Positions 15,481 through 28,569 of a DNA stretch of 64,000 nucleotides are shown here, one piece after another. The notes beneath the pieces are model-generated. The model saw nothing but the letters and a program-made list of their open reading frames with translations. It ran no database searches and was not told the origin of the DNA. The translations under genes and the position numbers were made by a program. Positions within the stretch are counted from its first letter, which is position 1; each line of letters starts with the position of its first letter. Source of the stretch: Eledone cirrhosa (lineage: Eukaryota); contig OZ024748.1 of the NCBI GenBank assembly GCA_964016885.1, positions 24,180,001-24,244,000 on the forward strand, in the 5' to 3' direction.

Positions 15481-16825
15481 TATCTCTTTCTCTTAATTTC
15501 GAGTATATTTTTTTGACCGGCCACCTTCCTGGTGGCAAGGTTGTAAAAGAAAAGAAATTGTCATCCCTTGAATCGCAAGAATGTTTTGCAAATTTTGAAG
15601 GTGCCAGCTATCGCAGCCATTTGTAGACTATGAATTAGGGAGCTGCGCTTTTTGTCCGCAAATCCAAGTTCAGTCATACTTTGGTCCAAGCGGGTTGGTA
15701 TATAACCCGTAGCTCCAATAATGATGGGTATGAAGCTAAAGGTGTATCTTGGATACTGGATTTGTAAACTCCTCATCAATGGTCCGTAGATGTCCTCCTT
15801 CTCCTGTATTTTTCTGACAACGTTTACATCAAGTGGGCAGCTGATCTCCACAACAGAACACGTTTTCAATGTGTGGTCCCAAACAACAATATCAGGCCGG
15901 TTGTGCTTTAATTTGGTGGCAGTTTTTATTTTCAGGTTCCACCAGTATTCCTTAGTGCCATCTGTCTCAATATATTCTTCCTCGTTTGTTGTTAATTTTG
16001 TTTTCCGAAGTGCGTTCCAGATGGTTCTAGCTATCCCATCGTGTCTCATGGGGAGGTAATAGCGAGATGACATTCTTTCGCAGCTGGCAACAATGTGGCT
16101 TATATCCTCGATCTTTGTTTTACATAGCCTACATTTATTGTCAGCTGATGGCCCTCCTCTTTTGTGCAGCAGATATTTGGTAGGGAGTTCTTGTTCCTGT
16201 ATTGCATAGAGATATCCCTCAAGGTGTGATGTCATAAACTTGTCGGAACTCCATGCCAGGCTTTTTGAGTGGTTTATCCCCTCTATGGTCTGTGTTTTAC
16301 GCCTCAAGTATCCATGCACAACTTTTTCTGTAAATTGGTCAATTTTTTCATCTTGTTTGAACATTGAATAGGATCTTCCGATTTCTCTGGGTGAGGGATT
16401 TATATCAGGCTTTATTCCATATCTCTCCTCCAGATCAGTCGCTATTCTAATGATATTTTTTTTTTTCATGCTCATAAACCTGGGCAAGATGGTTGCAAAT
16501 CTTTTTCCTCTGTTGAAGGTGTTGCTTCAGTGTTACTATCCGGGTCTCATATGTTATTAATATGGATTTAAGACCCCGGCCACCTTCCTTGCGTGAGAAG
16601 TATAGCCTATCCACATCACCATTGATGTTAAAGTTCCCAGTAACACTGAGAAGTTTGCGAGTTCTAACATCCATCTCACTTAGTTCTTGCAATGAACAGT
16701 TCAGCAGGCCAAATGTTGGCGTTAGAATTGGCACAGCATAAGTATTGTGGGCAATGTATTTGTTGTACGCTGACAGTTCTGATGACCATATTTTCTTTAC
16801 TCTTCTGAGGTATTCAGTTCTGTTT
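15481..16825 (-). mobile_element. 5'-truncated R4/Dong-like non-LTR retrotransposon (RT C-terminus, zinc knuckle, restriction-like endonuclease), frameshifted
   Basis: EYLRRVKKIWSSELSAYNKYIAHNTYAVPILTPTFG, DVDRLYFSRKEGGRGL, CRLCKTKIEDISHIVASC (CCHC), RHD, RPDIVV..EISCP..KEDIY (PD-(D/E)xK). Frameshift at the poly-A run ~16457-16467. Short 3' UTR with hairpin GCCACC-AGGAA-GGTGGC. Confidence 0.9.
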
Positions 16826-16941
16826 CTCTCCTTATGTATGTATGTATGTATGTATGTATGTATGTATGTATGTATGTATGTATGTATGTATGTATGTATG
16901 TATGTATGTATGTATGCATGTATATATGTATTATGTATGTA

Positions 16942-17030
16942 TGTTTTTTATAATTTCACAAATGTTTACCAATAGAAAGAGAGTCGGTTTCTAACATAGA
17001 CACAAGACTCTCTCATTGGAATTTACACAT
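16942..17030 (-). mobile_element. 3' tail of a second R4/Dong-like family (family B)
   Basis: Matches the 3' UTR at 34240-34332 and 35458-35550. Joined to (ATGT)n. Confidence 0.75.
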
Positions 17031-17393
17031 TGGAATGCATGTATATATGTATATACGTATATATGTGTATATAGATATAGATATATATAGATAAATATAC
17101 ACGGGTGTGTATAGAAGATTATATATATATAAAGGAATTCCAACTTTGTCTGATTTACTCGTTTTATTTACAATCCTTTAAAATTTATAATGGTATTAGA
17201 ATGAAACAGTATGGTAGAATATTAAATATTAAGTGTTAATTGAACAAGTACTTTCATGCTTTCGCAATCTTCAGGTTCATATTCTGTGGTGACAGTCAAG
17301 TTTGCAATATATATATATATATATATATCCGAAATAAATTTAGTTGAATTAAATTAAAGGAGTCATGTCCGAGACATGTGCCATATCCATTGT

Positions 17394-17465
<72 letters not shown>

Positions 17466-17625
17466 CGAGAAAAATCACAAACCCGCCATTTTAATTCTAC
17501 TTTTGAAAAGCATAAGAACTGTGAAACCGGTAAAGGAACAAATAAATATTCTTAAAAAAACTCCAGTTGCATTTTAGATTTCTTTTCCTTATATGTATGT
17601 ATATATTTCCTTATATATGTATATG

Positions 17626-17849
<224 letters not shown>

Positions 17850-17883
17850 ACGTGTATAAACATTATGTATAGTATATAATATA

Positions 17884-18074
17884 AGGTGGGGGATTGGCAG
17901 TATCGGTAGAGAGTCGGACGCCATGCTTTGCAGCAAAGAATTACGCCACTTTACGATCTGAGTTCAAATCCCGCCGAGATTAACTTTGCCTTTCATCCTT
18001 ACAGGGTCGATAAAATAAAGTACCAGTAATACACTGGGATAATTGCTGGCCTTGTGCCAAAAGTAGAAACAATT
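17884..18074 (+). mobile_element. Nin/Deu-core tRNA-SINE
   Basis: Closely similar to 13148-13331. Confidence 0.85.
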
Positions 18075-18733
18075 ATGTATATTATATAATATATGAATTA
18101 TATATAATATGCATTATAAGGATGTATGTGTGTGTGTATACATATATATATGCGTGTGTGTATGTGTGTATGTATGTGTATGTGTGTGTGTGTGTATACA
18201 CGTGTGGGTGTGTGTACGAGAGTGTATACGTGTATGTGCCTCTGTATGAACACAATAACATATATCATATATAACAGACTCCCCGTCGTTGAATCAACTG
18301 AACTGTCATCAAACTATTGTGTAACTGGCTGAGTATTCCATTCACATGTATGCCCTTAACCTAATCCTTAGAACCAGCGAGACACAGTTCTCTAACACAG
18401 CCTGCTCTTTGAATTAAAGTTGCAATCTATCTGCCGGGCATCCGCACAGATTCCGCCAACCCAATTTCTCGACCCGAGGCTACGACGCAGCCAGTGTCAT
18501 ATCTCCCACCCTCCCATATCTCTGTGTCCATACGCCCACTTACTTAAACACACATATATACGCATACGTACTTACACGGAAATAAATATATGACACATTT
18601 ACATACGAACATGCATACAAGCATAGATTGAGAAACACATACATACATACATACATATACAAAACATACATATGTACACACACACACACACACACACGCA
18701 TGCACACACGCACACACACACACACACACACTT

Positions 18734-18770
<37 letters not shown>

Positions 18771-18999
18771 ATGCACGTATATACAACAGAGATACGCACG
18801 CACACAAACACGTGAAAAACTTATGTACGCCCTAAACAAAACAAACGCACACATGCGAATACACATACACACCTACACGAGGACTGGCGTCCACAGCTGC
18901 TCGCAGCCGCATCACACACAATTACATAACACCACAACCACCACCACCATTACTACCACCATCACCATTAAAAAAAAACTCTCAGAATAGAGTCACGCT

Positions 19000-19460
19000 T
19001 GTAGTAATGACATTAGAGGTTCTGTGAAGAAGAATTGGGTTTAGTGATTAGGGAAGTGTTTAGGGACTTGGACACAACACTGAATGAGAGGAGTGGGTCA
19101 GGATTACTTAACCAGAGGTGGTGTGAGATCAACAAAATCCGTGCAGCAGAAGCCATTGGAGTATCAGTAGAAAATACAAAGAGAATACAAAGTATACCTG
19201 TGATCCAGAGACTGGGGTGTCCCTGTGAGTGAGTTTATGCCAATCAGTCAAGCTGTATTTTTCTAGACGCAATCTAGGATATATGTGTGTGCAGCAGTGA
19301 CACTGTGCCAGATGTGGAAGGAGTATACCCATTGCGGGTCTAATCTGAGCTTCGTAGAGAGTCAGATGTTGTTTGGTGCTAAAGTATTTTGTAGCCCTGA
19401 ATCGAAGGAACAGTTTTTTGAGATGCAATGGAGCTATCTGACACGAAATCTTCCATTCAA
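19000..19460 (-). mobile_element. Degenerate APE-type LINE (CR1/L2/Jockey group) RT C-terminal fragment
   Basis: LTLYEAQIRPAMxYxxHIW-like motif with frameshifts. Related to 61500-62030. Confidence 0.6.
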
Positions 19461-20041
19461 AAGTAGAAAGGCAGATGAACCTGGCATGCTGGAGAAGTTA
19501 GATTTATACTTCTTAGGCTAGACAGGGTGGAAAATGTTGCTTATGTCAAGAGAGGTACTTCTTAGGCTACACAGGGTAGGAATATGTTGTTTATGACAAG
19601 ATAGTCATAAAGTAGTAAGAGGTCTTAGGCTAGACAGGGTGGGAAAGTTTTCCTGATGCCAATGGCTACACTGTTGCATTTGGTGAGTTTTTTTATCGAA
19701 CTAGAAACAAGCGAAAGGTGACGCAGGAGACAAGTATCTGGCAGATGTTCTTCTACGGAAACCGTATCGCTAGGGGTCACTGAAAGAGGAAACAGACTTC
19801 AAGTAATGAGGCGGGGTGCTCGTTTATGACAGTTTCCATCGCCATTGAAATGGCAGGCGCAGACAAGTGGTGTAGTTAACAGGTTCACTTCGCCAAGGCA
19901 ACCACGTAGTTCTGGTTACGACCTCCACAGCCCAGAACAATAAACTTGTGTTTTCTAACATAGCATGGAGTTGACCAATGCCTTTCTCAGTGGAACTTTT
20001 GAGACGAAAACTATGTGTGTCTTTATATATATATATATATA

Positions 20042-20088
<47 letters not shown>

Positions 20089-20119
20089 TTTCTTACGAAT
20101 GAAACACTTCTAGTCCTGT

Positions 20120-21125
20120 ACCTCTTAAACTACCTGCCTAAACACGTCAACAGAGATAGTATTATATCTTTTGACGTAGCAAACCTCTACACTATGATCC
20201 CACACCAATACAGACTAGAGGCAATACAATTCAGACTCAAAAAAGTCCCTAATGGGATCCAAGAAAGAATTAAAGAAAAGGTTTCATCACAGATAGAGTA
20301 AAATTCATTCTACAAAACATTTTTTTGTTTAATTTCAATGGCAATACAAATGTCGGATACTTCGATGGGCACATGTAGTCATGACATACCTGGAAGTCCA
20401 AATATGTGTACAATCCAGATTAAAATATGACTTGGATTTCCACAAAAACCCTATTTATGCGTCACAACCAAGTCAATTTATTCAAAACCTTAATTAACAA
20501 CATAATAATTGTTTCTACTTTAGGCATAATAATAACATCCAATTCACAATGGAATATAATCAAAACCAACATGCATTCCTGGACATTTTAATCACAAAAG
20601 AGTCCCAAATATTGAAACTGACATTCACCACAAACCAACAGATTCTAAACAATTCTTACTATTCAGCTGAAGCCATATATGAAACACACGGAAACAAATA
20701 TTCCATTTAATCTAGCATGAAGAATCTGTACAATTGTCTCAAACTCGGAATAAAAGATTCCATCATTATTAATACACAACGGAATAGAACGTGCCGAATC
20801 AATAGACATTCAAGAATTACGAAGAACAAAAACAACTTTAGATGCATCCAATACTCTATCCTATATCCCCAAGAAATACAGAGGCATACAAGACTATCCA
20901 CAAGAACATTCCACTATTGAGACAAACCCCAAGAATGAAAATAACACTCGAAATACAAAATAATCAAAAGCAAAAGATAACCGAAATCGTTTAAAAACTT
21001 CTCACCAGCGCCAGATTACCCATCACAAACACAACACGAACAGTTAAAAAGTGTGGTCACCCTAATTGTGAAACTTGCATTAACCTCATTGAAGACACAC
21101 TCTATACATTTAAATCCGGAAAACA
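20120..21125 (+). mobile_element. Penelope-like element reverse transcriptase remnant
   Basis: SFDVANLYTMIPH, TSMGT, AFLDILI, DIHHKPTDSKQFL and Cys linker KCGHPNCETC occur in order, interrupted by stops and frameshifts. Confidence 0.85.
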
Positions 21126-21357
21126 TTGATTTGATATATTACAAACAATAATGTTTTCCAATTTTTCATGCATTACATTTTATATTGAGTAATATTGAAA
21201 TGCAGAGTTTTTCTCCATAAATTACATCACAGATTTAAAATCAATCATCATTTTCTTACAAAAGAAATGTGTGAAACACAGCAAGGCGCGGGTAATTCGG
21301 CTAGTTGTAAATAAACTTTGTTAAAGACTCCAATTGCATTTCATCTTCATTTTCCTA

Positions 21358-21397
<40 letters not shown>

Positions 21398-22180
21398 CTA
21401 GGAGGCCATGTGTCTGGAAGAACATGGTCATGGAGATTGTCACGCATCCATGCTTGTGTCGTTCTGACCTTATGCTGAGTCTTGTTGGAAAACGAGCGGG
21501 CTTCCGTTCCTTACTCTGTCTATCCAGAGCTTCACAACTGTCTCCAATATCTCTTTGTAGACAGCTGTGTTCACTCTTAAGCCCGGATAAAAATGAAAAG
21601 GCATGACATCTCCCTCGTTGCTGACGACACTCACAATCGTCGCAGTCACTGAAAATTTGGTATGCACGATCGTTGGAACTTCATTTCTCTGCAGAGATAT
21701 CTATCGTTCCATTGGTTTATATTTTGGTCCTAAACAAATGTTTGTACTGATCAGAAAAGAACCAAAACGGTAAGCGCTTTGCACGGACCAAACGATTTTC
21801 TTTTTTCACATCCGTCATCAATGGCTTCTCTGCATCATGTACGACGTGTATCGGATGTCTTCGTGGACAACTCTTTTGATGGTGTATTCTGATACATTAA
21901 GGTCCTTTGCGATGACTCTGATTGACATTCCTGAGGTTTTATCGATTAATTCTTGAAATATTTTTACAAACTTATGCGTTCTGATTGCATTAGTACCTTG
22001 TACATGCGTTTTGCGCGTTGCTTCTGGCGTTGGATCACCGTCATCAGCTTCCAGATCCTTACTTTGACGACGTAGGATTGGGTAACTTTCAAGAAGGAAG
22101 CTAACGCTGTAACACTATGCTGTGCCTTTTCATTTGCTGAGTCAATTTGATAATGTCTGGCATTATTTATCTGAAAAATA
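21398..22180 (-). mobile_element. Tc1/mariner (maT/DD37D-like) transposase pseudogene
   Basis: HTKF...VVSNEGDVMPFHFYPGLRVNTAVYKEILETVVKLWI...VFQQDSA, with an upstream FSD motif and HTH-like region. Disrupted. Confidence 0.8.
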
Positions 22181-22242
22181 AATAATAAAATAACAAGTTA
22201 GTAATAAGTAGGATGTGTCCTAAAAAAAACTGACGTACTTTG

Positions 22243-22288
<46 letters not shown>

Positions 22289-22289
22289 G

Positions 22290-23372
22290 TAAACAGAAAT
22301 AACAACACAATCGGGACAGTATATGGAATGAATATATTAGGTTAACGCTTGAAATAGCAGGAAAAGGGTCTTAACGTTTCGGACGCTAGTCCTTCATCAG
22401 AATAAAGAATGAGAAATAAGAAAGATTGAAGGGACAGGCGATGTGGAATTGGGAAAAATATCTTTAGATAAAAATAACAGGTCCATTCATGTTGACATCT
22501 CTTGGAAAACTGTTGATGCTGGCGTTTTGTGTATGATTAATTTATTTAGAAACGTGGATGATGGAGCGCGTGTACCTGAAATGGAGAAAAAAAAAACGTT
22601 TTGTAAAAAGAGCTATACTTGTACGCATGCGTATACATATGTGTGTGTGTGTTAATATACGTCTGTATGAAGCTAAGAAGATATGTGTGTTTATATGTCA
22701 GTAAAAGAGCTTGCAAGTATGAAGCTATGAGCAAAAGTATATGTGTATACAGAGCTGTGAAGGGAAAAGTGGAGTGTGCATATTTTGTCGGTCTGTATTA
22801 GTTGTAAGTGAATATGTTTCTGACCATAAGAGAGCCATAGGAATCTAGGGGTGAATGTACAAGTGCGTGTGTGATAATGGACAGGGTATTAAAGAAATTG
22901 GGGAGCTGAGTTGAGTCCATGAGGGAAATAGGACCCTAGGCGGTAAATCAGACTCTGTTCAGTCCTGGTGCGCGAGGCCTGTGATCCATGATGTAAAAGG
23001 ACACCCAGGACTGAGACATGTAGGGAAGAGTGACCAGGAGAACGGAAATGACGGGCGACAGGAGTATCCAAACCGAGTCATATGTCCCTCAAATGTTCAG
23101 CAAAACGGTCCGCCGTACGGCGTCCCGTTTGTCCGATGTATAAGGACCCGCAAAGGAACGCCGGAGGGCATAGACAACGTGGGTGGATGTGCAGGTGAAG
23201 GAGTAGCGGATACGGAATGACCCGTTAGGGCCTGTGAGAGTGGTGAGGGTGGAAATGAAAGGACAAGTGTTGCAGCGGATGAGAGCCGGGTGGAGTCGTA
23301 GCAGAGAATGAGAAGGAATTGCGTACCAGGATGTCGCGGAGGTTACAAGCGCGCTTAAATGCGGTAATAGGT
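22290..23372 (-). mobile_element. Penelope-like element 3' part: GIY-YIG endonuclease remnant plus 3' UTR/pLTR
   Basis: PITAFKRACNLRDILVR, VVYA..YIGQTG..DRFAEHLRD..TPVARHF..EQSLIYRLGSYFPHGLN (stop at 22889). A hammerhead motif lies downstream on the same strand. Confidence 0.85.
22368..22403 (-). ncRNA. Minimal hammerhead-like motif in PLE 3' region
   Basis: CUGAUGA-A-GGAC-UAGC-GUCC-GAAACGUUA: intact core, perfect stem II and palindromic AACGUU. Stem I pairing is poor. Confidence 0.65.
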
Positions 23373-23409
23373 GGGTGTGTGTATATATATATCTCTCTCT
23401 CTATATATA

Positions 23410-23440
<31 letters not shown>

Positions 23441-23453
23441 GTGTATGTATGTG

Positions 23454-23519
<66 letters not shown>

Positions 23520-23783
23520 CGCGCGTGTGTGTGTGTGTGTGTGTCAGCCCCACTCTCAAGCGTGAACCTAATACTAACACTTTCTACTGCACTCTTCGTT
23601 ATTGTTTTTGTTTTCTGTTTAACTATAATAGATATATATACATATATACACACGCGCGCACACCACTAATATATACATATTTATTTAGGGATTATAACGT
23701 CCAGTTACAGTAGGTTCACCAAAGTGAGCACTCGATATATAGTTTCCAGTTGTATATTGGTGTTGTACTAAGTAGAGTGTAAT

Positions 23784-23864
23784 ACTAATAATAAAAGTGT
23801 TAGATCTTCATTACGCGTGTCACACCTCAATAAACGTAATGAAGATCTAACCTTTTATTATTAG

Positions 23865-23865
<1 letters not shown>
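23784..23865. repeat. ~31-bp near-perfect inverted repeat with ~19-nt loop
   Basis: ACTAATAATAAAAG(T)GTTAGATCTTCATTACG ... CGTAATGAAGATCTAACCTTTTATTATTAGT. Confidence 0.9.
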
Positions 23866-23930
<65 letters not shown>

Positions 23931-23995
23931 AGTTCAAGAAAAAACAAGACATACACAGAGATGCAAAATCGCAAAGTCTTATTAGGTTCACCTAC

Positions 23996-24069
<74 letters not shown>

Positions 24070-24112
24070 ATCTACTGTGTGTAATATTTATATTACAACA
24101 CAACGGAAAATA

Positions 24113-24152
<40 letters not shown>

Positions 24153-24693
24153 AACGAACATAGACACAGTTTTCGTGTCTCTGGAATGCTTAGCCACTTA
24201 CCTGCAAGTTAATTTCACGAGCGGGCTTTTCCGTTCTTCGACCAAAGGGAACACTCGTCGCCGGAAGCGACGGAGGTCCACACCACCACCATCACCATTA
24301 ACAACAACAATAAAAACAGTAAGCACTTTTGTACAGTTGAGCAATTATCTCCATTGAATTTAGAATTAGCGGGAGCTTAAATTTAGATAAAATCTTAAAA
24401 GATTTTGCAGCGAAAAAAATAGAAATAGACCTCTGGATAACTATTTTTTGTAAGAAAAAGTAGTTTTTAGAAATCCCCAAAAGTTAATTTGTTCACTTGT
24501 TCACGATGTTGTTCACTTATATTGTGAAAATCTATTTTGTTTTTCTATTGTTTTTATACTAAATAAAAGTAACATAAATATTTTTAAATAAATCATTTCA
24601 CTAAAACAAGTGGTTTTATAGCCATATACTGCATTTGATGGCATATAAGACACATTTATATATACATATATATATATATATATACTTACATAC

Positions 24694-24827
<134 letters not shown>

Positions 24828-25004
24828 GGCTACAAAAAATATAACTTATACACAAAGTTGAGTTCTATACTTTAATGACATTTATGCTCGCTCGTTATAG
24901 CAGAAACCTTTATTTTTTCTTGGGAATCTCTCTGCAGGAACGCGAGATAGGGATCGTATATAACAGTAAAAAAGGTAGATATTAAATAAAGTACGTATTA
25001 TATA

Positions 25005-25230
25005 AGGTGGCAAGTTGGCAGAGCCGTTAGAACGTCTGGTATGGTTTGTGGTATTCGTTTCAGCTCAACTTTTCCTTTCATCCTTTCTGTTTTTCATTTC
25101 CTCACTCTCTCATTTTCTGTCCTTCTCTAGAAGAAATCCGCCAGGTTTAAAATGCCCAAGAAACGCCGTATGTCAACATGTCGTCCCTACGACTCCCTCA
25201 GAAGTTACAGGACCATACCATATTAAATAA
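25005..25230 (+). mobile_element. SINE-derived dispersed repeat (variant family)
   Basis: SINE-like head plus CCGCCAGG.TTAAAATGCCCAAGAAACGCCGTATGTCAA, shared with 48705-48750. The tail is shared with ~58090-58140. Confidence 0.6.
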
Positions 25231-25313
25231 GGTATATATTAAAAGGGGTCTTGACATTTTGTTTATTTACCATCCATTTATTCTCAGTAAGTTGCTCACT
25301 GATGGACCTCCAA

Positions 25314-25498
25314 CTGGATTGGCAGTATCGGTAGAGCGTCGAACAACATGCTTTGCAGCATAGAGTTACAGCCCTTTACGGTTTCAGTTCAAATCCCACC
25401 GAGGTTAACTTTGCCTTTCATCCTTACGGGGTCGATAAAATAAAGTACCAATAATTCACTGGGGTAATTACTGGCCTTGTGCCAAAAGTAGAAACAAT
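25314..25498 (+). mobile_element. Nin/Deu-core tRNA-SINE
   Basis: Same family as 13148-13331. Confidence 0.85.
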
Positions 25499-25529
25499 TA
25501 TATATATATATAAGCATGCATGTGTATCT

Positions 25530-26130
25530 ATACCGATGCAGAGACGTTACTAATAGAGCCACCCATATCAGAAGATTCCACAGGGTGTTAGATAGTAATG
25601 GCTACCCAGCTTCCTTCTCCACCCGACGACGAAACCCCACACCTAGAGACCGGACCAACGCAAACAACAGTTGCTTCTTCAAGATCCCATATCTCAGCTA
25701 GGAAACCACCAACGCCATACACAAAGCCATCGGGAGAGAGGGCCTCAATATCAAACTAGCTCACTCTGAACCTTACCTGCGAAGATGCCTATCCACAAGA
25801 CCCCCCCCCCCCCTCCAGTGAGGATAACGGATGCACCCTAGCCAATTGCCCTATCCGCAACACCAATTGTTACCTACGTACATACGTAGTATACAGGCTA
25901 GAATGTAACAGGTGCAATCTATTCTACATAGGCAGCACTATTTGACCGTAACATCTCCGTATTAAAGAAGATATTAACACCAACTCCTCTTCTTTCCGCA
26001 AACACATCATCAAAATGCGAAACCGAGACAATAACGTAACCACCACCGTCTTAGCTACCGAATGTAGTGTAGGCACGCTGAGAATTAAGAAAGCTCTCTT
26101 GATCAAGCGACTAAAAGTTGGCATTAATAA
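25530..26130 (+). mobile_element. Penelope-like element GIY-YIG remnant
   Basis: LDSNGYP, FFKIPYLS, CTLANCP, YVVYRLECNRCNLFYIGST..HLRIKE, LRIKKALLIK..IN. Contains stops and frameshifts. Confidence 0.85.
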
Positions 26131-26134
26131 TGGT

Positions 26135-26335
26135 TTCTTATATAGGCACAAGGCCAGTAATTTGGGGGGAGGGGAAAGTCGATTAAATCGACCCCAGTGC
26201 GTGACTGGTACTTTATTTTATCGACCCCGTAAGGATGAAAGGCAAAGTTAACCTCGGCGGGATTTGAGCTCAGATCATAAAGAGCCGTAACTCTATGCTG
26301 CAAAGCATGGCGTCCGACCCTCTACCGATACTGGC
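26135..26335 (-). mobile_element. Nin/Deu-core tRNA-SINE inserted at the end of the PLE remnant
   Basis: Reverse complement of the SINE family. TGGCATTAA on both sides is a possible TSD. Confidence 0.8.
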
Positions 26336-27232
26336 ATTAAAAATAAAATGGAGAAAAGTGCGCCAAAATGGCTGATTTAACTTATCCAACATAATTACGC
26401 CTTCGTTCCAGCATTCCAGTTGCCCGTTCTAAGGAACGTCCGTGTCGACTGGAAGAATAATGCTTAACAGCATGAAAATCTGGAAGCCATTAAGGGGTGT
26501 ACGTGAGACAAATAAACAAAGAAATGTCACAGATGAACAACAACACACTCACACCTTTTACACCCTTACCTTGAATTCTACATTCCTCACTACACATACA
26601 CACTTACACTGACACACACACACACACGTACATATATAATACACATACATTAAACTATCACGTTTTCATTCATTCAAATTAGATCTACGTCCTCACGACA
26701 CATACACACTTGCACGCATGCGCACACATACATATATCGCACACACATATTTTCCCCTATATTATATACATATTCGCACACACATTTCGCTACGTAAACT
26801 TACATTCACACGCACACATACATACATCATATACATATTCTCACACGTGTTTTACTACGCGCACGCGCGAAGCTTTAAATTTTGACGTCTTTTTCAGACA
26901 TTTAAATTAAATCTGCCTTCCAAATCACGCTTCTCCGAATACTCTTCAAATACACGGACCTTCTCTTGAGAATGGGCTTTTAAACCCGAAAATATTTGAG
27001 ATAAATAAATTTGCTAAGGTAAAATTCTATCGTCTTCACTCTTTCCTCAATCTTTTATTACCTTGGAACTTCTAATCTTGCACGCATTGTAGGCCTTCCA
27101 AATATTTAAACTTATTTAAATTTGTATTTCCTATCTCATAATGCTTCAAGCAAACTACAACACTTTGATATATCTCTCTCTATATATATTTAGACTGGCT
27201 TGTATCTGCCGATATTACCTCTTGTTGTTTTG

Positions 27233-27277
27233 ATTGCCCTGATGAGTCCTTAATAGGACGAAACATTGTCGGCTAAT
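27233..27277 (+). ncRNA. Type I hammerhead ribozyme (minimal, PLE-type)
   Basis: AUUGCC-CUGAUGA-GUCCU-UAAU-AGGAC-GAAAC-AUU-GUC|GGCUAAU. Canonical core, 5-bp stem II closed by G-C, GUC cleavage after 27270, followed by AATAAA. Confidence 0.88.
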
Positions 27278-27509
27278 AAAAACTTTTGATGTATTAAAGG
27301 ATTCTTTGTTTTACTCTCTTAATTTTTTGGCTCTGTTTAACTGCATTGAGCTATACCTTTTACTGTCATTTCTATAATACGAAGAGGGTGTTTGACTCAA
27401 ACACGCTCCAGTATTCTAATCCTTCTCTCTATATATATATATGTGTGTGTGTGTATGTGTTTGTGTGTGTGTGTGTGTGTTTGTGTGCTTGTATGTATGT
27501 ATCGAAGGT

Positions 27510-27594
27510 TGTTTACTTTTGTCAAACTTTTGGTTGTCAAAAATTAGGGTGCGTCCTCGAGGGCGAAGCGTCTTCGGTACCGGGAAATACGGTA
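27510..27594. mobile_element. DNA-transposon (pogo/Tc1-mariner-like) terminal fragment
   Basis: Ends in GGGTGCGTC...GCGTCTT...GGGAAATACGGTA. The reverse-complement terminus TACCGTATTTCCC occurs at ~57882. Confidence 0.45.
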
Positions 27595-27763
27595 TGTATG
27601 TATGTGTGTGTATAATGATTCCATATCAATGAAACAGTTCTAGTCCTGTAGAAGACTTTTCTATGTAAAATATACTCTCCCTACGCTTCTTTTATTAACT
27701 GTTGTCCATATGTGTGTGTATGTGTGTGTGTGTGTGTGTGTGTCTGTGTGTGTGTGTGTTGGT

Positions 27764-27795
<32 letters not shown>

Positions 27796-28569
27796 TGGGT
27801 AAGATAAAAAGGTGTGGCTGCTATTTCTTGTAGGTCGAATAACCGTGTCAAGGCCCTCATACCATCTCACGGATTAAATGTTGTTACTATTATGGTGTTT
27901 AACCCTAGGCTGGCTTGAACTAGTAGACCTATGATCAAAATTATACCGACCGTGATTATCCCATTTATTTCAGACACCATGTATTTAATACTGAGATGAC
28001 ATAACATGAAGCTTTAACTCCTGATGGAGTCGTAGGGGCGCCATCATTACACACGGCGTGTCTATGGTATTTAAAATCTGGCGGAGTCCACTCCCTCTCC
28101 AAGTCAGAACACGCCCAATTCCTTCCAGAGAAATAGAGAGAGAGGATATGAGAGAGGGAGAGAGAGGGGGAGATAGAGGGGGGCATAGAGGAGGAAAGAG
28201 ATGGGGTAGAGGGGAATAGGGGAGAGAGGGTTATGAGAGAGGGAGAGAGAGAAGGGGGGAGAGGGGAGAGAGAGGGAGAGAGAGGGGAGAGAGAGGGAGA
28301 GAGAGAGAGGGAGAGAAGAAGAGAAAAAGAGAGAAAGAGAAGGAGTGAGAAAGAGATGTAAAGGAGGAATCGACCTCAGTACTGAACTGGTACTTTATTT
28401 ATCGACCTGAAACAGATGAAAAGTAACGTGGACCTCGTTGGAGTGATTTGAACTGTGAACTCCGCAATCGGAAAGGAATAGCGCCAAGCCTTAGTGTTAG
28501 GAACTGTATGGTAGTGTTGATGTCTGGGAGAGTTGCAGCATGTTACAGGGATACAGATGGTTTTGTTAG

